Origin: Escherichia coli
GTDB taxonomy: Bacteria > Pseudomonadota > Gammaproteobacteria > Enterobacterales > Enterobacteriaceae
DNA length: 64,000 nt
Assembly: GCF_041886205.1 (NCBI RefSeq)
Contig: NZ_CP169029.1
Direction: 5' to 3' (one strand)
The notes beneath the pieces are model-generated. The model had not been told where the DNA came from. It searched no databases and worked only from the letters and a program-made list of their open reading frames with translations. A program made the translations under genes and the position numbers. Below, in pieces: positions 1-10,603 of this stretch. Every line of letters starts with the position of its first letter. Position 1 is the stretch's first letter.

Positions 1-1000
1 CGACAAAGGGTTCGCGCACGCCATTCCAGTCAAATGAACTGTTGAGGATCGCTTCGGCAGTGTCACCATTGGGATATTGATCGGTCCAGTGGCGTTGTCC
101 CTGGAAGCCCGCAGCGATGGCGTTGTAGCCAAGTGATTCTTCCACGCGACCAATATCGGCCAGTTTGCTGTTGCCTTGCATCATGTCGCGGATACACATC
201 GCCATCAGTAAACTTTCGCGCAGAACTGCGCGGCTTTGCTCGGCATTGCGTTGATACTGTTTGTTATTTTCATCTTCGCCGTAGCGGAAGTTTTTATCAG
301 CCCAGGCCAGCGCCATTTCCAGTTCGGCTTCGTCGTAAATCTTCTGATCGATACGGCGACGCAGTTCGGTCATATCCACCGCCTGGACTTTCATTCCCAG
401 CCAGGATTCAAAGAAGTTGTGATCAACGATGGAACCAGCGATACCCATCGAAACGCCGCCCAGCGACAGATAGCTTTTACCTTTCATGCTGGCGACTGCC
501 AAACCGGCGCGGGCAAAGCGCAGCAGTTTTTCTTCAACATCGGCTGGAATCGATGTGTCATCGGCATCCTGAACGTCATGACCGTAAATGGAGAATGCCG
601 GGATGCCTTTCTGGCTGTGAGCTGCCAGAGCCGCTGCCAGGTAAACAGCGCCGGGACGTTCAGTGCCGTTAAAGCCCCAAATGGCTTTCGGGCGGGTTGG
701 ATCCATGTCGATGGTTTCACTGCCATAGCACCAGCAAGGCGTTACCGTAATGGTGAGGCCTACATTCTGGCTGCTGAATTTTTCTTCGCAAGCAGCGGCT
801 TCAGCCATACCCGCGATACAGGTATCGGAAATGACACACTCGACGGCAGCTCCGCAGGCATGGCGCAGTTTCTCGGTCAGCAGTGTGGCCGTGGCTTTCG
901 CCATATTCATTGTTTGTTCTTCAAGCGACTCACGAACACCCATGCGACGACCGTCAATAACCGGGCGGATACCAATTTTCGGTAACGTATTAATTTTCAT
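1..1000 (-). CDS. fucI: L-fucose isomerase, 5' part only (gene continues beyond window start)
   Basis: Reverse-complement translation from ATG at 1000 gives [33 protein letters not shown]..., matching FucI; GAGG RBS upstream; no in-frame stop before window edge. Confidence 0.85.
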   Translation of the reverse strand, partial: MKINTLPKIGIRPVIDGRRMGVRESLEEQTMNMAKATATLLTEKLRHACGAAVECVISDTCIAGMAEAAACEEKFSSQNVGLTITVTPCWCYGSETIDMDPTRPKAIWGFNGTERPGAVYLAAALAAHSQKGIPAFSIYGHDVQDADDTSIPADVEEKLLRFARAGLAVASMKGKSYLSLGGVSMGIAGSIVDHNFFESWLGMKVQAVDMTELRRRIDQKIYDEAELEMALAWADKNFRYGEDENNKQYQRNAEQSRAVLRESLLMAMCIRDMMQGNSKLADIGRVEESLGYNAIAAGFQGQRHWTDQYPNGDTAEAILNSSFDWNGVREPFV

Positions 1001-1082
1001 CAGGATTCCTCATCTCGCTTTATTGGCGCTCTGCTAAGGCGGAGAAAGGAAACCACCGAAGCAGTAGTATTGGTCATTATTT

Positions 1083-1098
1083 GCTAACTCGAGTTAGC
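1083..1098. promoter_or_regulatory. Perfect 16-bp palindrome GCTAACTCGAGTTAGC, candidate operator (copy 1)
   Basis: Self-complementary 16-mer in the fucI / ABC-transporter divergent intergenic region; identical copy at 1322-1337. Confidence 0.35.
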
Positions 1099-1321
1099 TT
1101 AGGTTTGTAGGCTTTTTATGCACAACTTTTTTGTTGTTGAAATGTGAGGGGCTTCACGAGAAGTGGTTAAAATACGATCTCTGTCAAATTATTATTTAGC
1201 GGGAGAAAAATAAATTTTACGTATAATCATATGGTTATTAGATTTTAATGGTTATGCATCACAGTTTTAACTCAAATGATTTGGCTAATTTGTATACCTA
1301 AAATAGCTTTAAAAGGCGATC

Positions 1322-1337
1322 GCTAACTCGAGTTAGC
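1322..1337. promoter_or_regulatory. Perfect 16-bp palindrome GCTAACTCGAGTTAGC, candidate operator (copy 2)
   Basis: Identical to 1083-1098; about 130 bp upstream of the ABC ATPase start. Confidence 0.35.
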
Positions 1338-1469
1338 AAAATGCGAAGAATAGATTGATGCGATGAATATTTATTCAAAGGTTATTCGTATCACAGTGGA
1401 GATGGCTTTAGTAGCGACGTTTATGCCGTACTTCACATTTTCAGTTTCTGATTATTGAGGAAAGCTGCA

Positions 1470-2969
1470 ATGTCCGAAACATTTTTGCAAATGAAGCATA
1501 TCACCAAACGCTTTCCTGGAGTGTTGGCGCTTAATGACGTGCAATTTTCCCTACGCCGGGGCGAGGTTCATGCATTATTAGGTGAAAATGGTGCAGGAAA
1601 ATCTACCTTAATGAAAATTTTGTCGGGGGTTTATCAACCTGATGAAGGCGAAATAATTTTTGAAGATAAACCAGTCTCATTTTCTGATCCGTTAAGTGCG
1701 CAAAACGTAGGTATTACTATTATTCACCAGGAATTTAATTTATTTCCCGAGCTTACAGTAGAAGAAAATATTTTTATCGGCAGGGAGTTTTGTAAAAAAA
1801 ATCGCTGGCGTCTGGATGAAAAACAGCAACGCCAGGCGACGATTGAAATTTTGCAAAAATTAAATTTGGCGATCAAACCAGATACTCTGGTTGCCGACCT
1901 TACGGTAGCTCAGCAGCAGATGGTAGAAATTGCCAAGGCCATTTCAGTTAACGCCAGGATTCTCATTATGGATGAACCTACTGCGGCGTTAACAGAAACT
2001 GAAATTGAAAGCTTATTTCGCGTCACCCGGTTATTGAAAGAGCAGGGGACCGGCATTGTTTATATCTCCCACCGTCTGGAAGAGTTGGCGCTAATTGCCG
2101 ACCGTGCGACTGTAATGCGTGATGGTCAGTACATCAGCACGGTGGATTATGAGTGCGTAAAAATCAGCGATCTGATTGCCATGATGGTTGGTCGCGATTT
2201 AGGGAATATCTATCCCCGCCGCGAGGCCTTGCAGCAGCGGATTCCGGTTCTGGAGGTAAACGGACTGACGCGCAAAGGCGTCCTGAACGATATTAATTTT
2301 ACGCTTTATCGTGGCGAGATCCTCGGCTTTGCCGGACTGATGGGCGCGGGGCGTACTGAACTTGCGCGTGCGATTTTTGGTGCGGATTCTATTGACAGCG
2401 GAACGCTAAAATTAAATGGTAAGGAAACCGTTATTAAAGATATTTCGGATGCTATTCAGCAGGGAATTAGTTACCTGACGGAAGACCGCAAAAAAGAAGG
2501 GCTGGCGCTGAATTTATCTGTTGAACGAAATATTATGTTAGGAAACTACCCTGAATATTCCGATCGTTTTGGGAATGTCGATTCGCGTCGTTGCCAACAA
2601 ACCAGTGAGGAACAGGTAAAAGCGTTAAGGATTAAAACGCCAAATCTTGAACAGGCGGCATTAAATCTAAGTGGAGGAAACCAGCAGAAAATTATAATTG
2701 CACGTTGGGTGTGTAAAGATACTGATATTTTAATCTTCGATGAACCCACTCGCGGCATTGATGTTGGCGCCAAACTGGAAATCTATGAGTTAATGAATCG
2801 CCTGGTGGCAAAAGGGAAATCAATCATCATGATCTCCTCTGAATTGCCTGAGGTGTTAGGAATGTGCGACCGTATTTTAGTGATGCGCAGTGGTCGAATT
2901 ACCGGCGAACTTAGCGCAAAAGAAGCGACACAAGAAAAAATTATGCAATACGCGACGTTAGAGGATTAA
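1470..2969 (+). CDS. Sugar ABC transporter ATP-binding protein, two fused ABC domains (RbsA/XylG-like)
   Basis: ORF with Walker A GENGAGKST and second ABC domain; ATG 1470 with GAGG RBS (ORF track starts at TTG 1455). Confidence 0.85.
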   Translation: MSETFLQMKHITKRFPGVLALNDVQFSLRRGEVHALLGENGAGKSTLMKILSGVYQPDEGEIIFEDKPVSFSDPLSAQNVGITIIHQEFNLFPELTVEENIFIGREFCKKNRWRLDEKQQRQATIEILQKLNLAIKPDTLVADLTVAQQQMVEIAKAISVNARILIMDEPTAALTETEIESLFRVTRLLKEQGTGIVYISHRLEELALIADRATVMRDGQYISTVDYECVKISDLIAMMVGRDLGNIYPRREALQQRIPVLEVNGLTRKGVLNDINFTLYRGEILGFAGLMGAGRTELARAIFGADSIDSGTLKLNGKETVIKDISDAIQQGISYLTEDRKKEGLALNLSVERNIMLGNYPEYSDRFGNVDSRRCQQTSEEQVKALRIKTPNLEQAALNLSGGNQQKIIIARWVCKDTDILIFDEPTRGIDVGAKLEIYELMNRLVAKGKSIIMISSELPEVLGMCDRILVMRSGRITGELSAKEATQEKIMQYATLED

Positions 2970-2972
2970 ATT

Positions 2973-3956
2973 ATGACTATCTCTGTAACCTCTCCAGACA
3001 GTAATAATAAGAAAATAAAGATAAATAAAGAACTTTTGATGCGTCTTGCGCCTCTTTTTAGCTTAATTATATTAGTGCTGTTTTTTAGTTTCAGCTCTCC
3101 CTTTTTCTTTAATACCGAAAATATCATGACGATTGCTCTGCAAACGTCGGTTATCGGCATTATGGCCATTGGGGTAACTTTCGTCATTATTACCGCGGGC
3201 ATCGATCTTTCATTGGGCTCCGTGGTGGCTTTTTCTGGTGTCGCCGTGGGGATTTGCGCCACACTGGGCCTGCCGCTGCCAGTGTGTATTATTGCCGGTG
3301 TTTTAGCCGGTGGAATGTGCGGCTATGTGAATGGTTTGTTGGTCACTAAAATGACCATTCCACCATTTATCGCTACCTTGGGCCTGATGATGTCCGTCAG
3401 AGGTATCAATATGGTGATGACCGACGGGCGCGCCATCTATTTTGCCGATTACCCGATGTTCAAAACGCTCGCTCAGGGACGCTTATTTGATGTGCTGCCT
3501 TATCCTGTTTTCTACCTTGTCATTGTAGCGCTTGTCGGCGCTTACATCCTGAAGAAAACCGTCATTGGTCGCTATGTCTATGCCGTAGGCAGTAATGAAG
3601 TTGCTGCTCATCTTTCTGGTATTAAAGTTCAGCGCGTGAAAATTTTCGTCTATGCCTTCTGTGGATTATTAACGGGGATTGCAGGTGTCATTCTGGCATC
3701 TCGTCTCAACTCCGGACAACCGACGGTAGGTGTGGGTTATGAACTGGAAGCTATTGCCGCGGTAGTGATTGGCGGAACCAGCTTAATGGGCGGTATTGGC
3801 ACTATTGGCGGCACAATCATTGGCGCTTTCATTATGAGTGTACTGAAAAATGGCCTCAATTTAATGGGCGTCTCCCAGTTCTGGCAAATGGTCGCGATGG
3901 GCGTCGTTGTGGTCGCTGCCGTTTACCTCGATACATTACGCAAAAAGATTCGTTGA
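2973..3956 (+). CDS. Sugar ABC transporter permease (RbsC-like)
   Basis: 327-aa hydrophobic multi-TM protein; ATG 4 nt after ATPase stop; GAGGA RBS. Confidence 0.85.
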   Translation: MTISVTSPDSNNKKIKINKELLMRLAPLFSLIILVLFFSFSSPFFFNTENIMTIALQTSVIGIMAIGVTFVIITAGIDLSLGSVVAFSGVAVGICATLGLPLPVCIIAGVLAGGMCGYVNGLLVTKMTIPPFIATLGLMMSVRGINMVMTDGRAIYFADYPMFKTLAQGRLFDVLPYPVFYLVIVALVGAYILKKTVIGRYVYAVGSNEVAAHLSGIKVQRVKIFVYAFCGLLTGIAGVILASRLNSGQPTVGVGYELEAIAAVVIGGTSLMGGIGTIGGTIIGAFIMSVLKNGLNLMGVSQFWQMVAMGVVVVAAVYLDTLRKKIR

Positions 3957-4029
3957 CTTAGGCTCCCTGTTTTATCGGGAAACAACTGCCCTGACGTTAA
4001 GGGTGATTCACTCAGAACGGAGTACAACA

Positions 4030-4980
4030 ATGAAAACCAGGCATTTTATCTATGCGTTATCTCTGCTGGCTTGCGTAAGTTCCAGCGCACTGGCGAAGGA
4101 TTTAAATCTTCCGGTTGTTAGTAAAGGTTTCCAACATGAATTCTGGCAAACCGTAAAAATGGGGACTGAAGCTGCGGCTAAAGAGTTGGGGGATAAAACC
4201 AGCTATGTTGGCCCGGCTGATGAAACGCAAATAGCCGAGCAAATTCAGTTAGTCGAAAATGCGATGGCGCAGAAACCGAATGGCTTGCTTCTGGCAGCCC
4301 TCGACGCGAATGCGCTCGCCCCACTGGTAGAAACGGCAAATTCACGCGGTATCAAAGTGGTGACCTTTGATTCAGGCATCAATTCAGACATTCCGGTGAG
4401 TTTTGTCGCCACCAATAACCGTAAAGCAGGTGCTCAGGCAGCTGATGCCTTAGCCTCGCAGGTAAATAATAAAGGGAAAGTTGGGATTATCGCGCACGTT
4501 GCAGGAACATCTTCCGCTATTGAACGCTCGGAAGGCTTCATGGAGCGTATGAAAGAAAAATATCCTGACATTAAAGTCTTACCCGTTCAGTACAGCGATG
4601 GTGACCCGCAAAAAGCGATGGATAAAACTATCGATATGATTCAGGCCAATCCCGATCTTGCTGGGATCTATGGCACCAATGAAGGTTCAACGCTCGGGGT
4701 GGCGAATGCCATTGATAGCCAGAATCTGAAAGGTAAGGTGAAGGTCATTGGTTTTGATAGTACGGAAGCGATTATTAACTTCCTGAAGAACGGCGTCATT
4801 CAGGGCTTTGTTGTTCAGGATGCATACCAGATTGGCTATCAAGGGATCAAAACGTTGAACGCGGCCCTTTCGGGGCAAGCCGTTGAAAAAGAGATCGATA
4901 TTCCCGTGAAATTTGTTAATGCCGAGAATATTAACACGCCAGAAATCGACAAACTCCTGCACCCATTCGGTAAGAAATAA
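4030..4980 (+). CDS. Periplasmic sugar-binding protein of ABC transporter (RbsB-like)
   Basis: Signal peptide MKTRHFIYALSLLACVSSSALA then PBP-like domain; ATG 4030 with GGAG RBS (ORF track start 3907 is an upstream extension). Confidence 0.8.
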   Translation: MKTRHFIYALSLLACVSSSALAKDLNLPVVSKGFQHEFWQTVKMGTEAAAKELGDKTSYVGPADETQIAEQIQLVENAMAQKPNGLLLAALDANALAPLVETANSRGIKVVTFDSGINSDIPVSFVATNNRKAGAQAADALASQVNNKGKVGIIAHVAGTSSAIERSEGFMERMKEKYPDIKVLPVQYSDGDPQKAMDKTIDMIQANPDLAGIYGTNEGSTLGVANAIDSQNLKGKVKVIGFDSTEAIINFLKNGVIQGFVVQDAYQIGYQGIKTLNAALSGQAVEKEIDIPVKFVNAENINTPEIDKLLHPFGKK

Positions 4981-5032
4981 AAAATTGGGGATGAATTTTC
5001 ATCCCCGTTATCTCCAGCGTCAGGGAGGCTTT

Positions 5033-6613
5033 ATGCACAACGGTTATTTTCTCGGTGTCGATGTCGGATCGGCCAGTGTCAGGGCAGGCGTTTACAGTGC
5101 CAGTGGCCACAGGCTGGCATTCGCTACTGCGCCCGTCTCCCAGTTTCGCCCTGGCGGCGAGCGTGTCGAACAGTCTTCGGCAGAGATCTGGCAACAAGTT
5201 TGTAAAACGGTGAAAGAGGCGACAGCTTTGGCAGGCATCCCCATTTCCGCAATTCGCTCACTGGGTTTTGACGCTACCTGCTCGCTGGTTGTTCTTGATG
5301 AACAAGGCCAGGGTTTAGCGGTTTCGTCCGGTGGATCTGCGAATCACGACATTATTATGTGGATGGATCATCGTGCAACTGTCGAGACGGCGCAGATTAA
5401 CGCAATGAAGGATCCCGCATTGCGCTACGTTGGCGGCGAAGTGAGCGTCGAGATGGAGTTACCAAAGTTACGTTGGTTGAAGACGCATCTACCGCAAACC
5501 TGGCAGGCCGCTCATCGCTTTTTCGATCTGGCGGATTTTCTGGTCTGGAAAGCAACAGGGCGAGACGTCGCGGGATTATGCACGCTAACGTGTAAATGGA
5601 ATTATCTAGCTCATGAGCAACGCTTTAGCCATAGCTTACTGGAATCGATAGACCTGACCGATATGCTTGAAAGAATTCCTGCCAACATTCTTCCGCCTGG
5701 CGCTGCCGTGGGAACGTTAACCGCCACAGCTGCTGAAGAGTTAGGATTAACGACTAATGTTATCGTGGCCAGTGGCTTGATTGATGCCCATGCCGGTGGC
5801 GTGGCGCTGGCTGGCGCTCACCCATCAGGAACGCTGGCATTGATAAGCGGAACGTCGAACTGCCATATGCTGTGTAGTGAAAAAGAGATATTCACCCCTG
5901 GCGTCTGGGGGCCATACTGGTCGGCCATGTTGCCAAATTACTGGCTAACCGAAGGCGGGCAAAGCGCCGCAGGGGCGCTGGTGGAGTGGACGCTTCAGGA
6001 GTCAGGGGCAAGCGCAAATCTTTTTCACAAGGCGCAGCAACGCGGATGTCATCCGATTCAACTGATTAATGAATGGGTAGCAGCCCTTGAAGCTAACGAG
6101 TCAGAACCCACACGAAATTTACATGTGCTTGCCGATCATCACGGCAACCGTTCGCCACGAGCGCGGCCCGATGCCAGAGGCAGTGTTTATGGCTTAACAC
6201 TGGAGCGTGGTGAAAATCAGCTCGCGCGACTTTATCTTGCGACTTTACAGGCAATAGCCTTTGGCACCAGACATATTATTGAAACTCTGCGGGAAAATGG
6301 GCATACCATTACCCGATTAACATTATGTGGTGGTGCAACGCACAACCCTTTATGGCTACGCGAATATGCAGACGTGACAGGTTGCGATATCCACCTGATG
6401 CAAGAAGAAGATGCCGTTACGTTGGGCGCAGCAATTAGCGGCGCTGTTGCCAGCGGAGCATGGGGGGATTTTACATCTGCGTGTAAAGCAATGGTTGAAG
6501 CCGGAGAGATTATTCAGGTAAATCCACAACGCCGTGAATTTTTAGAGCGTAAATACCGGGTTTACCTGACGCTTTGGGAGCAACAACAGGCGGTTAACCA
6601 ACTGATGCAATAA
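5033..6613 (+). CDS. FGGY-family carbohydrate kinase (pentulose/ribulokinase-like)
   Basis: N-terminal YFLGVDVGSASVRAGV glycine-rich kinase motif and C-terminal LCGGATHNPLW motif typical of FGGY kinases; ATG 5033 with GGGAGG RBS. Confidence 0.8.
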   Translation: MHNGYFLGVDVGSASVRAGVYSASGHRLAFATAPVSQFRPGGERVEQSSAEIWQQVCKTVKEATALAGIPISAIRSLGFDATCSLVVLDEQGQGLAVSSGGSANHDIIMWMDHRATVETAQINAMKDPALRYVGGEVSVEMELPKLRWLKTHLPQTWQAAHRFFDLADFLVWKATGRDVAGLCTLTCKWNYLAHEQRFSHSLLESIDLTDMLERIPANILPPGAAVGTLTATAAEELGLTTNVIVASGLIDAHAGGVALAGAHPSGTLALISGTSNCHMLCSEKEIFTPGVWGPYWSAMLPNYWLTEGGQSAAGALVEWTLQESGASANLFHKAQQRGCHPIQLINEWVAALEANESEPTRNLHVLADHHGNRSPRARPDARGSVYGLTLERGENQLARLYLATLQAIAFGTRHIIETLRENGHTITRLTLCGGATHNPLWLREYADVTGCDIHLMQEEDAVTLGAAISGAVASGAWGDFTSACKAMVEAGEIIQVNPQRREFLERKYRVYLTLWEQQQAVNQLMQ

Positions 6614-6677
6614 GACAAAAGTTGAAAATACTTTTATGATTGTGATTTGACGTCTGGATGTTAACTGGGAAATACCT

Positions 6678-7676
6678 ATGGCTAAAACAGTAGAGCAGAT
6701 AGCCAGCGACCTGAATTTATCGGTTACGACCGTGCGACTGGTGCTAAATGGAAAAGCGGAACAATATCGAATCAGCGTCAAAACCCAAACGCGTATCAAT
6801 GAATATGTTGAACGCTATGGTTATATCATTAATCATTCCGCTCGCAGCCTTAAGCTTAACAAAACTGATACATTAGGGTTGATTGTTCCCAACATATCCA
6901 ACGTCTTTTTTGCTACGCTGGCAGAAAAACTCGAACAACGCTGTCGACGTTCCGGATATCAACTTACAATCAGTTGCACTTATGATGATGTTGACTATGA
7001 AAATAAATTGACGAAAGCATTTATCGCACGAAATGTAGATGGTCTTTTTATTGTTCCTTCGACGCTGGAAAATCAGCAGCATCATTTACGCAAAATTCGT
7101 AAGCCCATGGTTTTACTCGATCGTGATTTTAAATATACCGATAACGCATTGGTAGAGAGTAATAATATTTCTGGCGGAGAAAAGCTGACGCAAAATATTC
7201 TTGAGGCCGGGCAGACTCCAGTATGGTTTTTGCTGGGAGATGCCGGTTTGCCGAGTATCAGCGATCGTCTGACAGGTTATTTGAATGCGTTGGCAAAAAA
7301 AGGGATTACCCATCGCGATTGGGTGCGGGAAGGTCCGGTAAATACTCCGGAAGGCGGCTATGTCATTATGGAAAAACTCATTGAAGAGCAGGGATGTCCG
7401 CAGGCATTTATCGCCTCGTCTTTGCCTGTGCTTGAAGGCGCTGTCCGCGCGATTCGCGACCGTCTTGGCGCTGTACCGCCAGAAATCAATATTGGCACTT
7501 TCGATGAACATCCTATGCTGGGATTTCTCGCCAACAATGTCTGGTCAATGCAGCAGGATGAAAATGCCTGGGCAGAAAAAGCGTTCGAAATGATGTTAAG
7601 CGCGATCGAAGAAAGACCAGTCAAAAAAACAGTTAAAGTAGAAATGAAATTAATTAAGCGCATAAGAAAAAAATAA
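6678..7676 (+). CDS. LacI-family transcriptional regulator
   Basis: N-terminal HTH (TVEQIASDLNLSVTTVRLVLNG) plus periplasmic-binding-like sugar domain; Lys-rich C-terminal tail. Confidence 0.85.
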   Translation: MAKTVEQIASDLNLSVTTVRLVLNGKAEQYRISVKTQTRINEYVERYGYIINHSARSLKLNKTDTLGLIVPNISNVFFATLAEKLEQRCRRSGYQLTISCTYDDVDYENKLTKAFIARNVDGLFIVPSTLENQQHHLRKIRKPMVLLDRDFKYTDNALVESNNISGGEKLTQNILEAGQTPVWFLLGDAGLPSISDRLTGYLNALAKKGITHRDWVREGPVNTPEGGYVIMEKLIEEQGCPQAFIASSLPVLEGAVRAIRDRLGAVPPEINIGTFDEHPMLGFLANNVWSMQQDENAWAEKAFEMMLSAIEERPVKKTVKVEMKLIKRIRKK

Positions 7677-7808
7677 TAATCGCCAAAAGATATCAGGCTA
7701 CTGAACAATGATATTCAGTGGCCTCCCCTTACTAAAAATAACCCCGTCTTCATTTGCGGTGCTGTTTTACGCAACAAGGCGAGCTGAAACTGTATCTGGA
7801 GAATAGAA

Positions 7809-8456
7809 ATGGAAAGAACACGTTTATCCCGTGAAATAATTGAAACCTGTCTGGAAATGACGCGCCTTGGGTTAAATCAGGGGACAGCGGGGAATGTCAG
7901 CACACGTTTTGAAAACGGCATGTTGATTACTCCCAGCGGTATTCCTTATGAAAGAATGACGGAGAATATGATTGTCTATGTTGATGGCAACGGCAAATAC
8001 GAAGAAGGTAAGATTCCTTCCAGCGAGTGGCGTTTCCATATGGCAGCCTATCAAAGCAGACCGGATGCCAACGCGGTTGTTCACAATCATGCCGTTCATT
8101 GCACGGCAGTTTCCATTCTTAACCGACCGATCCCCGCTATTCACTACATGATTGCGGCGGCGGGCGGTAATTCTATTCCTTGCGCGCCTTATGCGACCTT
8201 TGGAACACGTGAACTTTCTGAACATGTTGCGCTGGCTCTCAAAAATCGTAAGGCAACTTTGTTACAACATCATGGGCTTATCGCTTGTGAGGTGAATCTG
8301 GAAAAAGCGTTATGGCTGGCGCATGAAGTTGAAGTGCTGGCGCAACTTTACCTGACGACCCTGGCGATTACGGACCCGGTGCCAGTGCTGAGCGATGAAG
8401 AGATTGCCGTAGTGCTGGAGAAATTCAAAACCTATGGGTTACGGATTGAAGAGTAA
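7809..8456 (+). CDS. fucA: L-fuculose-1-phosphate aldolase, N-terminal third divergent from the K-12 form
   Basis: 215-aa class II aldolase; C-terminal two-thirds matches K-12 FucA as I recall it, first ~68 residues carry many substitutions. Confidence 0.9.
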   Translation: MERTRLSREIIETCLEMTRLGLNQGTAGNVSTRFENGMLITPSGIPYERMTENMIVYVDGNGKYEEGKIPSSEWRFHMAAYQSRPDANAVVHNHAVHCTAVSILNRPIPAIHYMIAAAGGNSIPCAPYATFGTRELSEHVALALKNRKATLLQHHGLIACEVNLEKALWLAHEVEVLAQLYLTTLAITDPVPVLSDEEIAVVLEKFKTYGLRIEE

Positions 8457-8483
8457 TTTCGTAAAGCAACAAGGAGAAGGATG

Positions 8484-9632
8484 ATGGCTAACAGAATGAT
8501 TCTGAACGAAACGGCATGGTTTGGTCGGGGTGCTGTTGGGGCTTTAACCGATGAGGTGAAACGCCGTGGTTATCAGAAGGCGCTGATCGTCACCGATAAA
8601 ACGCTGGTGCAATGCGGCGTGGTGGCGAAAGTGACCGATAAGATGGATGCGGCAGGGCTGGCATGGGCGATTTACGACGGCGTAGTGCCCAACCCAACAA
8701 TTACTGTCGTCAAAGAAGGGCTCGGTGTATTCCAGAATAGCGGCGCGGATTACCTGATTGCTATTGGTGGTGGTTCTCCACAGGATACTTGTAAAGCGAT
8801 TGGTATTATCAGCAACAACCCGGAATTTGCCGATGTGCGTAGCCTGGAAGGACTTTCCCCGACCAATAAACCCAGTGTACCGATTCTGGCAATTCCCACC
8901 ACAGCAGGCACTGCGGCAGAAGTGACCATTAACTACGTGATCACTGACGAAGAAAAACGGCGCAAGTTTGTTTGCGTTGATCCGCATGATATCCCGCAGG
9001 TGGCGTTTATTGACGCTGACATGATGGATGGTATGCCTCCAGCGCTGAAAGCTGCGACGGGTGTCGATGCGCTCACTCATGCTATTGAGGGGTATATTAC
9101 CCGTGGCGCGTGGGCGCTAACCGATGCGCTGCACATTAAAGCGATTGAAATCATTGCTGGGGCGCTGCGAGGATCGGTTGCTGGTGATAAGGATGCCGGA
9201 GAAGAAATGGCGCTCGGGCAGTATGTTGCGGGTATGGGCTTCTCGAATGTTGGCTTAGGGTTGGTGCATGGTATGGCGCATCCACTGGGCGCGTTTTACA
9301 ACACTCCACACGGTGTTGCGAACGCCATCCTGTTACCGCATGTCATGCGCTATAACGCTGACTTTACCGGTGAGAAGTACCGCGATATCGCGCGCGTTAT
9401 GGGCGTGAAAGTGGAAGGTATGAGCCTGGAAGAGGCGCGTAATGCCGCTGTTGAAGCGGTGTTTGCTCTCAACCGTGATGTCGGTATTCCGCCACATTTG
9501 CGTGATGTTGGGGTACGCAAGGAAGACATTCCGGCACTGGCGCAGGCGGCACTGGATGATGTTTGTACCGGTGGCAACCCGCGTGAAGCAACGCTTGAGG
9601 ATATTGTAGAGCTTTACCATACCGCCTGGTAA
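8484..9632 (+). CDS. fucO: Lactaldehyde reductase (L-1,2-propanediol oxidoreductase)
   Basis: MANRMILNETAWFGRGAVGAL... iron-containing alcohol dehydrogenase; second ATG chosen to give the 382-aa form. Confidence 0.93.
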   Translation: MANRMILNETAWFGRGAVGALTDEVKRRGYQKALIVTDKTLVQCGVVAKVTDKMDAAGLAWAIYDGVVPNPTITVVKEGLGVFQNSGADYLIAIGGGSPQDTCKAIGIISNNPEFADVRSLEGLSPTNKPSVPILAIPTTAGTAAEVTINYVITDEEKRRKFVCVDPHDIPQVAFIDADMMDGMPPALKAATGVDALTHAIEGYITRGAWALTDALHIKAIEIIAGALRGSVAGDKDAGEEMALGQYVAGMGFSNVGLGLVHGMAHPLGAFYNTPHGVANAILLPHVMRYNADFTGEKYRDIARVMGVKVEGMSLEEARNAAVEAVFALNRDVGIPPHLRDVGVRKEDIPALAQAALDDVCTGGNPREATLEDIVELYHTAW

Positions 9633-9644
9633 ATGCGCTGATGT

Positions 9645-9690
9645 GATAATGCCGGATACGACGCTAGCCGCGTCTTATCCGGCATATAAG
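9645..9690. repeat. REP-type palindromic element between convergent fucO and xni
   Basis: GCCGGATACGACGCTAGCCGCGTCTTATCCGGC, characteristic REP sequence. Confidence 0.6.
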
Positions 9691-9736
9691 TGCATTAAAT
9701 TCAATGTGTTGATAATCGTTTGCATACGGCACGTCG

Positions 9737-10603
<867 letters not shown>

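Noticed and set aside
133-985. + strand ORFs of 179 and 249 aa at the window start
   Set aside because: Opposite strand of fucI, whose minus-strand translation matches L-fucose isomerase throughout.
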